Positions 36,765-44,905 of a DNA stretch of 64,000 nt are shown here, piece by piece. The stretch comes from Microgenomates group bacterium. Its GTDB lineage: Bacteria; Patescibacteriota; Microgenomatia; UBA1406; GWC2-37-13. The notes under the pieces were generated by a model that was not told the DNA's origin, did not search any database, and worked only from the letters and a program-made list of their open reading frames with translations. Within the stretch, counting starts at the first letter, position 1. Each line of letters opens with the position of its first letter. The DNA is taken from contig JARYMT010000001.1 of the NCBI GenBank assembly GCA_029906985.1, forward strand, positions 67,223-131,222, read 5' to 3'. The position numbers and the translations under genes are program-made.

Positions 36765-37706
36765 TTATATTTTTTTAAAATATCCGCCGGCAACGGTTAA
36801 TTTAGCTTTAATTGGCGGGTAAGGATTATAGTTTTTCAAAATCACATCCTCTGGCCGAAAATCATCGATCGTCTTAAATTTTTTAATAAATTTAATTTGG
36901 GGAAATGGTCTAGGATTTCTTCTTATCTGTTCTTTTGCTTGAAGAAGATGATTTTCATAAAGGTGGACATCGCCAAAAGTATGAATAAATTCACCCGGCC
37001 GATAACCAGTCACCTGACAAATAATTAAAGTTAGAAGGGCATAACTTCCGATATTAAAAGGAACGCCCAAAAAAACATCGGCTGACCGCTGATAAAGCTG
37101 AAGGGATAATTTGCCGTTGTTGACATTTAATTGATACATATTGTGGCAAATGGGGAAATAAGAAGTTTCATTTTTTTTAGCCATTGTATAAAGATATTCT
37201 GGATTCCAAGAGGTAACAATGGCATTGTGACAAGCCGGATCTTCAATTACTTCGTTAATTGCCCATTTTAATTGATCAATGGTTCGGCCTTTTTCTTTGG
37301 TGGGCCAGCGACGCCAAAGCTCGCCATAAATTTTAGGTAATTCTCCCCATTTTTTGGCAAATTTTGCCTCGGTTTTTATTTTTTCGATAAACTCCTCTTT
37401 GGAAATTTTCGATCGGGGATTTTTAATTTGGTAAATTTTATAGGGATAATCATCCCAGATATGGACATTGTTGTCTACCAAATATTTGATATTCGTCTGC
37501 CCGGAAATAAACCAATATAGTTCGTATAAAACTCCTTGCCAATAGACTTTCTTTGTTGTCAAAAGAGGAAAACCTTGGGATAAATCAAATCTTATCTGCC
37601 GGCCAAAAACCGAATAAGAAGCCACTCCTGTCCCCCGATCGACCTTGCGGACGCCATGTTTTAAAATATCTTTGAGAAGGTTGAGATATTGTTGTTCCTG
37701 GTGCAT
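36765..37706 (-). CDS. thyA: thymidylate synthase (ThyA)
   Basis: DRTGVGT-like DRGTGVAS, PLLTTKKV, catalytic PICHNMYQ, YQRSADVFLGVPFNIGSYALL. Confidence 0.95.
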   Translation of the reverse strand: MHQEQQYLNLLKDILKHGVRKVDRGTGVASYSVFGRQIRFDLSQGFPLLTTKKVYWQGVLYELYWFISGQTNIKYLVDNNVHIWDDYPYKIYQIKNPRSKISKEEFIEKIKTEAKFAKKWGELPKIYGELWRRWPTKEKGRTIDQLKWAINEVIEDPACHNAIVTSWNPEYLYTMAKKNETSYFPICHNMYQLNVNNGKLSLQLYQRSADVFLGVPFNIGSYALLTLIICQVTGYRPGEFIHTFGDVHLYENHLLQAKEQIRRNPRPFPQIKFIKKFKTIDDFRPEDVILKNYNPYPPIKAKLTVAGGYFKKI

Positions 37707-37875
37707 AACGATAATTTGTAATTGGCTTAATTAATTTAATCAATTTCTAAATTAGTATTAATCATCGTTTTTTAGATCAATTCTGATTTAATTAGAGTTA
37801 ATTACATTAAATAGTAGAATAATTAGTAATTATACAAAATTTTTATCTGAATAAATTTGTTATACTTTTTGCAAG

Positions 37876-39828
37876 ATGCTCTCCCAATTTTTGATTAAAC
37901 AAAAAAAAATCCTTCTTCTTTCTTCTTTTTTTATTATCTTTTTTTCAGTTACCGCCATAACAATAAATGAAATTAATAAACCTAAAACATTCAAATCCAA
38001 AGCTAGCGAGATTTCACCAACGCCTCCTTCGGCCGGACACTCACCAAAAAAAGGCGTTGCCGGAACCAAAGCGTTTGAACCGCCAAGATTTAATACAACC
38101 GCCGCTGAAATAAAAGCTTCCTGGTATTACAACTGGTCCTGGGTGCCCTTTGATCGCAGTCTTGGTGACACTGTTGCTTTTAATAGCAATTATTGGACAA
38201 GTCCAGAGTTTGTTCCTACTTTTCTTTCTCGAGGACAAAACTGTGGCTGTCAGACTGAGGCAAAAAGGACCGCATTAACAAATTCCGTTGTTTATCGTAT
38301 GAATCTTATCTGTTCAAAAGGATTTTGTAATCAGGGTCGCTATTACTTAGTTGGAAATGAGCCTGAAATTCCCGGTCAAGATCTTTGCCCAAACAGTCCT
38401 GATCCTGTTCAGGATGCAGTCAACTGTTATGGGGTTATTGCTAAAACGATTAAAATAAAAGATCCGACTGCTAAATTAATTATGCTTGGCCTGGGTTCAG
38501 ACAACGCCGCCTTTATTAGATCCTATATCCAAAAATGGAAAATTGCCTGGGATGGAACTGAAATTGCTGATCTTTCGCAGGTGGCCAACGGCTGGCATTT
38601 TCATGATTATGGTAGTTATAACCGCTGCCCAACCGATGACGTCCGGGCCCGCAATCTTAAAACAGCGGTTGATCAAGAGATGCAGGCAAACTTTGGACGA
38701 ACCATTAATAATCAAGAAATCTGGATAACCGAGATGGGAAGCTTGTCTCCCCCAAATCCTTCAAATACCGTTGAAAGGCAAAAATTCCTTAATCTTATGG
38801 AATGTTTGGTTAATGTATATGAGGCTTCACCGATCGTAAATCGTTATGCCTGGTTTTATACCGGGGACCTTACTCAAGATTGGCCCCTAACCAGTCTTTA
38901 TATTCCGAATGCTTCAGGTGGCTACAACATCACCGATCTTGGAATTAAATACGGCCTTCTCCCTCCCGGTCCTTCCCCATCCCCAACTCCTCTGCCTGAA
39001 AATTGTCAGACCTTTGGTCAGTCGACAGTTGATCAAAAACAAGAAAATAAATGGCGTTATCAAATAATAAATTCTGGTTGGGGCTATGGAGGACCCCTAA
39101 CATTTTATCCTCAAGTTATGGGCAAGCTTGACAAGGTTGAACTTTATGTTGCCGGCTCCGGGAAAATTCAGGTGAAAATAGTTAATCAATCAGGAGTTGA
39201 TATTAGCGATACGATTGAAAAAAATATCGCCGGTGAAGGCTGGCTTGAGTTTGACTTTTTAACCGAAGAGGTTGTTGTCCCTGGTAATTTGTATACAATT
39301 CTTTTTCGAGATTCTGGATCGTCTAATGACGTCAGGCTGTATCGAGGCGACTCATGGAACTGGGCGTATCGGCAGTATGTCAAACCTTGTCAATCCGACG
39401 CCATTACTCCGACTCCAACTCAAAGTCCTACCCCGACTCTCACCGGCCAACCAACCCAGCCTCCATCAACCCCCACCCCGACTCCACCTGCTTCTGCTAA
39501 CCGGGCTCCAGTAATTACCACCTTTGGCTTTTTTCCAGATGGCTATGTTGGACAAATATACAGACCAAACGGAAGAATTTTTTATGTTGAAGGCTATGAT
39601 GAAGATGTTAACGATAATTTAATAATGAAATATTATGGTCCACCTCCGGGGATATCTTTACAAAACTGTAGTCAATTTTTGGTTAATAATAAACGAATGA
39701 TAAAATGTGAAATTTCTGGCACTGTTGATGCCAATACAATTGTTAAAACCTACTATGGACGAATCATTCTTGTTGACTCCCGGGGCGGCCAGACAGAAAA
39801 AAATGTCGCCATTAGAATCACTAATTAA
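37876..39828 (+). CDS. secreted clan GH-A-like glycoside hydrolase (Glyco_hydro_cc-like) with PT linkers and C-terminal Ig/cadherin-like domain
   Basis: N-terminal TM/signal. ASWYYNWSW motif, acid/base-like VGNEPE and nucleophile-like IWITEMGS. PSPSPTP and TPTPTQSPTPT linkers. Confidence 0.55.
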   Translation: MLSQFLIKQKKILLLSSFFIIFFSVTAITINEINKPKTFKSKASEISPTPPSAGHSPKKGVAGTKAFEPPRFNTTAAEIKASWYYNWSWVPFDRSLGDTVAFNSNYWTSPEFVPTFLSRGQNCGCQTEAKRTALTNSVVYRMNLICSKGFCNQGRYYLVGNEPEIPGQDLCPNSPDPVQDAVNCYGVIAKTIKIKDPTAKLIMLGLGSDNAAFIRSYIQKWKIAWDGTEIADLSQVANGWHFHDYGSYNRCPTDDVRARNLKTAVDQEMQANFGRTINNQEIWITEMGSLSPPNPSNTVERQKFLNLMECLVNVYEASPIVNRYAWFYTGDLTQDWPLTSLYIPNASGGYNITDLGIKYGLLPPGPSPSPTPLPENCQTFGQSTVDQKQENKWRYQIINSGWGYGGPLTFYPQVMGKLDKVELYVAGSGKIQVKIVNQSGVDISDTIEKNIAGEGWLEFDFLTEEVVVPGNLYTILFRDSGSSNDVRLYRGDSWNWAYRQYVKPCQSDAITPTPTQSPTPTLTGQPTQPPSTPTPTPPASANRAPVITTFGFFPDGYVGQIYRPNGRIFYVEGYDEDVNDNLIMKYYGPPPGISLQNCSQFLVNNKRMIKCEISGTVDANTIVKTYYGRIILVDSRGGQTEKNVAIRITN

Positions 39829-39916
39829 ATGATAATAAAAAACTCCCTGTAGCAGCTAAGAAAATTGATGGAAAAATTATCTTTGAAGTTTGAATTTAGT
39901 TTGTCTTTTTGATTGA

Positions 39917-40459
39917 TTAAATCTGTTTTTCTCTTTTTTTGGTGGTTATTCGTCCACCTTGCCATTGCCCTCGATAAAGGCTTCCCCCTCCTTTAACTTC
40001 CTCAAACTGGGCATGGACAATCCGACAGCCCATCTCTAAAGTAACCGCCATTGGGCCATCGTTTTTGATGGCAAAAGTTAGTTTTCCGCAATAACCGGGG
40101 GCGACATTGCCTGTCCTTATGATTAGCCCACAACGAAAAGTGGTCGTCCTTGGTTTAAAATTAACCGTGATATTTTTGGGGGTGTTGACTTTTTCAATTG
40201 TTGTTGCTAAATAATATGCTTGCGGTTTTAAGGTAATTGTTTGACTTTTGTCAGGCTGGTAAGCGGCGACTAATTTGATTTTGGGTGTCTCTCTTTCTTC
40301 TTCTCCCAAAAAAGCTTTTCCGCCGCTGATTTGATAAATTTCTCCCAGTCTTAGGTCAAAACCAGCCCCTTCGGGATTAGTTAACTCGCGTTTTGCCAAC
40401 CCCTCAACTAGTTTTTTTTCTTTGACTAATTTTAAAAGTATTTTTGGTCCTAAAATCAT
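39917..40459 (-). CDS. dcd: dCTP deaminase / dUTPase-superfamily protein
   Basis: GAGFDLRLG, LATTIEKVNTP, FKPRTTTFRCGLII, APGYCGKLTFAIKNDGP follow the Dcd pattern. Confidence 0.7.
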   Translation of the reverse strand: MILGPKILLKLVKEKKLVEGLAKRELTNPEGAGFDLRLGEIYQISGGKAFLGEEERETPKIKLVAAYQPDKSQTITLKPQAYYLATTIEKVNTPKNITVNFKPRTTTFRCGLIIRTGNVAPGYCGKLTFAIKNDGPMAVTLEMGCRIVHAQFEEVKGGGSLYRGQWQGGRITTKKREKQI

Positions 40460-40603
40460 AGAAAAAAATTATACCATCAATTATTAGAAAAAATAATTAC
40501 CGGAGAAATTTTAATAAATCTAAAATAAAAATACAAACCACGATAGTAAATTAGACTCGTTGGGTTATTAGTTAATAATTCAACAATCTGTTAGAATTGT
40601 ATA

Positions 40604-41140
40604 ATGCTTAAACGTTCTCTTCGCACCGATATTTTCTTGGCTTTTATTTTGTTATTTGCCGGCGTCAATCTTACTGGTTGGAAAAATGTTCTTCCCTTTT
40701 TAACAAAAAATTTTACCTTAGCTTTTTATCCTCTTTTGACAATCGCTTTTCTTCTTTTAATTGTTTTTTATTTTATTGGCAAAAAAAGGAAAAGCGGTTT
40801 TCTTTTTGGTTTTCATTTTTGGCTGACTTTGCTGGTTTATCCGCTTTGGGCATTGATTCAACAGTTAATTGTAATCTTATTGGTCTATCTTCCGGTTTTT
40901 AAATTAAGTAATTCACCTTTGGTGGCGGTTTTTTTTGGCTCATTATTTTTTGCCGCTCTTCATCTTCCTAATTTTAAATTTTTTTTGGCGACGCTATTTG
41001 GAGAACTGATATTCCTAACTGTTTTCAGTCAAACTGGTAATATCCTGGCTGTTGCCATTTGCCACAGTCTTATTGCTCCGAGCTATTACTTCTGGGTCCA
41101 CGGCGACGACGTTCTTAAACGAAGATTTGCGGGAAGATAA
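40604..41140 (+). CDS. CPBP (CAAX protease/Abi)-family intramembrane protein, possibly catalytically degenerate
   Basis: Polytopic. FFAALHLPN and CHSLIAP motifs are retained, but the usual EExxxR position reads IQQLIV. Confidence 0.45.
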   Translation: MLKRSLRTDIFLAFILLFAGVNLTGWKNVLPFLTKNFTLAFYPLLTIAFLLLIVFYFIGKKRKSGFLFGFHFWLTLLVYPLWALIQQLIVILLVYLPVFKLSNSPLVAVFFGSLFFAALHLPNFKFFLATLFGELIFLTVFSQTGNILAVAICHSLIAPSYYFWVHGDDVLKRRFAGR

Positions 41141-41230
41141 TTTTTAATTTTTACATCACTCATAATACCTACCTACCGGCAGACAGGTTTAAACATTAGA
41201 AATTAATTCATTGAAAATTCATTAGAAATT

Positions 41231-42016
41231 TTAGACAATCCCTATCTCTTTAATCTCAAACCCTCCATCAGCCTCAAAGTTAACCTGATAGATCGGCAAG
41301 CCCTTAGCTAGTCTTCTTGAGGTTTCCATTAAATGATTCTCCGCCATTTCCGACAAAACCTGATAAAGATATTCTCCGTTTAGGCTTTTATAAAGCTTGA
41401 CTGCTTTTTGTTTAACTAATTCTTCTGCCAGTTTTTTATATCTTTCCTGGGCTAGGCTCTGATGATAAACAAAAACCTGAACTTCAATTTTGCCTTCTTG
41501 ACTGTCTAAGTTATAACGGGGATAAAGGCTGTAGGGGCCAGAAACGATTAACACCGCCCCCTCAAGATGTTCGCCGTGAAGAATAATTTCTTTCGCTCCT
41601 TTTTTTTTGGCGCTGGTAAATTTTGCTCGTATTTTTTCGACCTGTTTTTTGTCAAGATTATAAGCTTGGGAGTCAAGGGTCATTTGTTTGAAATGACCGC
41701 AGCCTCCAAGCGTGAGATTTTTTTCGGCGTGAGAATCGGTATGGAACTGGAGATTTTTTTCTCCGCCAACCATTTCCACCAAGACTTGATATGCTTTATC
41801 AAGATCAACTTCAAAGCCATAAGAATTGCCTGTGGCTAAAATCAAGGCTAGATCTCCGGCATCCGCCCCCGGCACCCCGATAGGCGCCAACTGACCTTGA
41901 ACCTGGTATCTACCGTCTATGCATCTACTCGCCAGCCTCATCTTAGCTTCAACTTTATAATGATTGTCCGAAACAATTTTCCTCACCTGTTCAATTGAAA
42001 GAATATATTTTTTCAT
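41231..42016 (-). CDS. hypothetical protein (CIDGR ... HTDSH ... GGCGH motifs)
   Basis: 261-aa soluble ORF, no family recognised. The Cys/Asp/His motif spacing is loosely beta-CA-like. Confidence 0.4.
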   Translation of the reverse strand: MKKYILSIEQVRKIVSDNHYKVEAKMRLASRCIDGRYQVQGQLAPIGVPGADAGDLALILATGNSYGFEVDLDKAYQVLVEMVGGEKNLQFHTDSHAEKNLTLGGCGHFKQMTLDSQAYNLDKKQVEKIRAKFTSAKKKGAKEIILHGEHLEGAVLIVSGPYSLYPRYNLDSQEGKIEVQVFVYHQSLAQERYKKLAEELVKQKAVKLYKSLNGEYLYQVLSEMAENHLMETSRRLAKGLPIYQVNFEADGGFEIKEIGIV

Positions 42017-42101
42017 ATAAGAAAAAATTATATCACATGTTTCTAAAACCTTTGGGGTTTTATTGAAAAGTAAAAATCAAAGATTGAATTATTAACAAAA
42101 G

Positions 42102-42130
42102 TTGACTTTTTTCCCCTAGTTTTATATAAT
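42102..42130 (+). promoter_or_regulatory. near-consensus sigma-70-type promoter TTGACT-17-TATAAT
   Basis: TTGACT at 42102-42107, a 17-nt spacer, TATAAT at 42125-42130. No coding gene for about 490 nt downstream. Confidence 0.55.
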
Positions 42131-42136
42131 TTGCTA

Positions 42137-42620
42137 TAGGCTATTTTATCGCCTGAAGTGCGGTTTAATAAAGTTCGTAAAACAAGCAAACGAACTAACA
42201 AAAAAACAATTAAACCGCTTTTTTGATGTTCTTAAAATCAAAGCTTGAGTCAAGCATTCAGGCTTCAAAAATAAGGATTTTAAGCGCGCACCTTAACAAC
42301 CAGCAGCAACTTGAGGTTCCACACAAATTCCTAATAGGGATTTAATCTATTAAGGTTTGTTGGGAACCGAAATCCAGCCGTAGCGATTAACTCTCTATAT
42401 CTAAAATTAGATGTTTGAGATTATTCGCGTAGGCGGATCAAAAAGGTTATCTCCTTTTAAAAGTTGCCTTCCACTTTAAATCGGTCCAAAAGACGGGTTT
42501 AGAGAGGAAGCGCAACTTATATCGAATAAACAACGAGGAGGTGATGGAGTGATCAAATAAAAAACAACTGAATACGGATCAATTCGTGCAGTATCTAGTT
42601 CCATAGGGAGAAAAAGACCA
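42137..42620 (+). ncRNA. about 0.5-kb hairpin-rich non-coding transcript (large ncRNA or long structured leader of 42624..43001)
   Basis: No ORF of 60 aa or more on either strand. Successive imperfect long hairpins at about 42170-42228, 42315-42368, 42378-42436, 42441-42458 and 42464-42515. GC visibly above the genome background. Confidence 0.35.
42170..42234 (+). terminator. intrinsic-terminator/attenuator-like hairpin plus T-tract about 35-100 nt after the predicted TSS
   Basis: GCGGTTTAAT...(inner GTTCGT/ACGAAC)...ATTAAACCGC followed by TTTTTT (42229-42234). Confidence 0.45.
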
Positions 42621-42623
42621 ACT

Positions 42624-43001
42624 ATGAGAAAGAAAGTAGCTTACTTGATACTTGTCGCGGTGCTCCTCGTCGTTCTCGTGCCAACCTTCACGGACGACAC
42701 TTTTGCCGCCGGCCCAACCCTCAAGCCCGGAACGCTTGTCCGGATCACTGGACGAGGGTACTATAACCCTGAATGCGTCGGGTTTAGAGGGTGGCTATGG
42801 GAAGGTTCTAACCCCCAACAGTTCTACCGAATTTGCGGGTTGCCTCACGGCTATGACCATGGCATAGGAGTAGTTACTCCGAACAATTCGGGAGGTTACT
42901 ACTTTAACAAATGCTATCGAGTCTGCTTCGCATACGAAATTTGCGCATGGTACCCAACAAAATCTCTGGTGCCACTACCGTGGCAACCGGCGATCAGGTA
43001 G
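42624..43001 (+). CDS. small secreted Cys-rich protein, compositionally foreign
   Basis: 125 aa. Signal peptide MRKKVAYLILVAVLLVVLVPTFTDDTFA|AG. The mature part of about 95 aa has 5 Cys and many Gly/Tyr/Trp. Codon choice is GC-rich (CTC, GTC, GCC, CGG), unlike the neighbours. GGGAG lies 14 nt upstream of the ATG. Confidence 0.6.
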   Translation: MRKKVAYLILVAVLLVVLVPTFTDDTFAAGPTLKPGTLVRITGRGYYNPECVGFRGWLWEGSNPQQFYRICGLPHGYDHGIGVVTPNNSGGYYFNKCYRVCFAYEICAWYPTKSLVPLPWQPAIR

Positions 43002-43041
43002 ACTCACCTCTGGGAGAAGAATGAGCGTAACAACGCTCAGA

Positions 43042-43087
43042 GTGGAGAGACGATGTCGTCTCTCCACCTCCCTTTCGGGGGTTTTTC
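43042..43087 (+). terminator. intrinsic terminator (two hairpins plus T-tract)
   Basis: 12-bp perfect stem GTGGAGAGACGA-TG-TCGTCTCTCCAC, then CCC-TTTC-GGG followed by GTTTTT. Confidence 0.65.
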
Positions 43088-43164
43088 CGTAGTTGTTGCT
43101 GCTGGTGTTTGTTGTTTAGGCTTAATCTTTTAAACCTAAACAACAAGCTAATTTAAGTCTGTTT

Positions 43165-44352
43165 TTACTCTTGCTTAAAAAAGGTAGAAATGAGTGCCAA
43201 CGTTTTTGGCCCAAGTCCTCTTATTTTTCGACCATTGTCTCCCTTTAGCCATTGTTTAAGATCTTCGATACTTGTTATTCCTCCTCTTATTAACATCCGT
43301 ATAATCCTTGTCGCCTGACTCTGGTTTGTTTGCCCTAACAAAAATGCCTGAAGCAAAGCAAGAGGGTTTTGGTCTTTTCTTAAACAATGTTTATCAAGCC
43401 TGTTTATCATTCTTTTTATGGTATTTTTTACCTCCTTAAAAGTTAATCCAAGCTCTTCTGCGATCTGTTTATAATTTTTTTTCTCAAATAAATATTTTTG
43501 TAAAATTATCCGCTCAAATTCACTAGTTAATTGATCAATAATTCCCTCTTCGGCTGCTTGTTGATAAATTCTGAGGAATTGTTCCCGGATTTTCGGAACC
43601 AGACCAAGAAAATACATCCGTTTGGCTATCCATAGATATTTGTCTCCAACCCCATATTCATAAGCTAAAGTTTTTAAACTCCAACCGCGCCGTACTGCCT
43701 CTTCATAAACAGCTTCTACTGGTCTGCCAAAAACTGCTTTCAGTTGAGCCTTATATTTTTCTCTTCTTTGCTCATCGGTCATTTTTTTATAAAGACGTTG
43801 TTTCCTTGACTTTGGCCAATTTTGATAATCTATTCCAAATTTCCTAAACCAGCCACAAACTGTTTGAAAATTAAGCCCTAATAAGTTGGCCAAAGCCGCC
43901 GGCCTCATCCTCATTCTTATAATAAATTGTCTAAGCGACTCCCCCGGTTGCCTCAGTTCTTCCAATTTAGGAGATTTTACTCTCTGTGAAAATCTTTTTT
44001 TAGAGGGAGGCAATGATTTCCAGTCTGCTCCAACACGCTTTAACAAAGCTTTCGCTTCATCGTAGGGAATATTAAATAAGTCGGCGATTTCATTTGGTCT
44101 CATTCCAGAATAAAGTATAACCTCCTCAACCGTCTCACCGGCGACTCTTAGGGCTTCTGCTGTTTCTTGAATCTTTCCTGGTTTTAATGGTTTTGTAATT
44201 TTTTCTTTGTTGGGAGGAGTTATTCCATGGGTCGATAAGTAATCTGCTCTTGTATTTAAAACCCGAATCATTGCTTGGACCAAGCTGCCAACAGATTCTT
44301 TTGAAACTGGTGGTGCCTGATCTGCTTCCGGCCGACAAAAAACTTTTTCCAT
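43165..44352 (-). CDS. multi-HTH protein with sigma-70 region-4-like HTH and RNAP alpha-CTD-like HhH domain (paralogue A)
   Basis: 395 aa. Three repeated HTH-like modules (MRPNEIADLFNIPYDEAKALLKRVGADW; MRPAALANLLGLNFQTVCGWFRKFGIDY; WSLKTLAYEYGVGDKYLWIAKR). Sigma-r4-like ERIILQKYLFEKKNYKQIAEELGLTFKEVKNTIKRMINRL. C-terminal RMLIRGGITSIEDLKQW...IRGLGPKTLALI. Confidence 0.55.
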   Translation of the reverse strand: MEKVFCRPEADQAPPVSKESVGSLVQAMIRVLNTRADYLSTHGITPPNKEKITKPLKPGKIQETAEALRVAGETVEEVILYSGMRPNEIADLFNIPYDEAKALLKRVGADWKSLPPSKKRFSQRVKSPKLEELRQPGESLRQFIIRMRMRPAALANLLGLNFQTVCGWFRKFGIDYQNWPKSRKQRLYKKMTDEQRREKYKAQLKAVFGRPVEAVYEEAVRRGWSLKTLAYEYGVGDKYLWIAKRMYFLGLVPKIREQFLRIYQQAAEEGIIDQLTSEFERIILQKYLFEKKNYKQIAEELGLTFKEVKNTIKRMINRLDKHCLRKDQNPLALLQAFLLGQTNQSQATRIIRMLIRGGITSIEDLKQWLKGDNGRKIRGLGPKTLALISTFFKQE

Positions 44353-44477
44353 ATTTAATATTATACCTTATAATACTATAAGATAAATGTGATGTCACCT
44401 GTTAACTATTTACTGACTTCTCCCCATACCGACTAGTGCGGGCAATATTTTAGCTCCATACCAAACGGTGCGGGACT

Positions 44478-44705
44478 TAAAAAGACCATATTTTATTATT
44501 CAAACCTATCAAGATTTCTCCCCAGTTATTATTCGAGTAAGCGGAGGGTGTCAAGAACTATTCCCGGTTACTGTTCGAGCTTGTCAAGAAACATCCTTGG
44601 TTATTATTTAAGCTTGTCAAGAATCTTTATGTTGTTTAAGCAATCCCAGATAAGAAGAGTCCAATAATTAAAAAAATAAACTTTTAAATAATACAAATTG
44701 TAGTG
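44478..44705. repeat. 228-bp direct repeat, copy A (four tandem TTGACA-containing units plus A/T-rich tail)
   Basis: By eye, identical to 46735-46969 except one substitution (44538 t versus 46795 c) and a 7-nt TTAATTA indel near the end. Internal units GTTAYTRTTYRAGC..TTGTCAAGAA have motif starts at 44507 (degenerate), 44549, 44582 and 44615, giving spacings of 42, 33 and 33 nt. Confidence 0.9.
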
Positions 44706-44905
44706 GGGAAAAGGGGGGCGTTCACGTATTAAACCTTTTTAACCTAAAAAGCTATTTAAAAAAAGCAGGTGTCGGAAAGAAAGAAGAAATATTAAGAACT
44801 AAAAATATCACAAACTTTTAAAAGACCACCTTAATTAGAATTAATAAATAACCAATTTCTTAAACTTAATCAACTTTTAGTAAAGCGTTTTATCTCATAA
44901 AAGCT

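Noticed and set aside
44478-44705. Tandem units with a 33-42-nt period, considered as a possible CRISPR array.
   Set aside because: The conserved parts are only about 20 nt with degenerate flanks. The whole block is duplicated nearly identically 2.26 kb away. No cas genes or leader-like organisation are present. It behaves as an iteron or operator array, not as repeat-spacer units.
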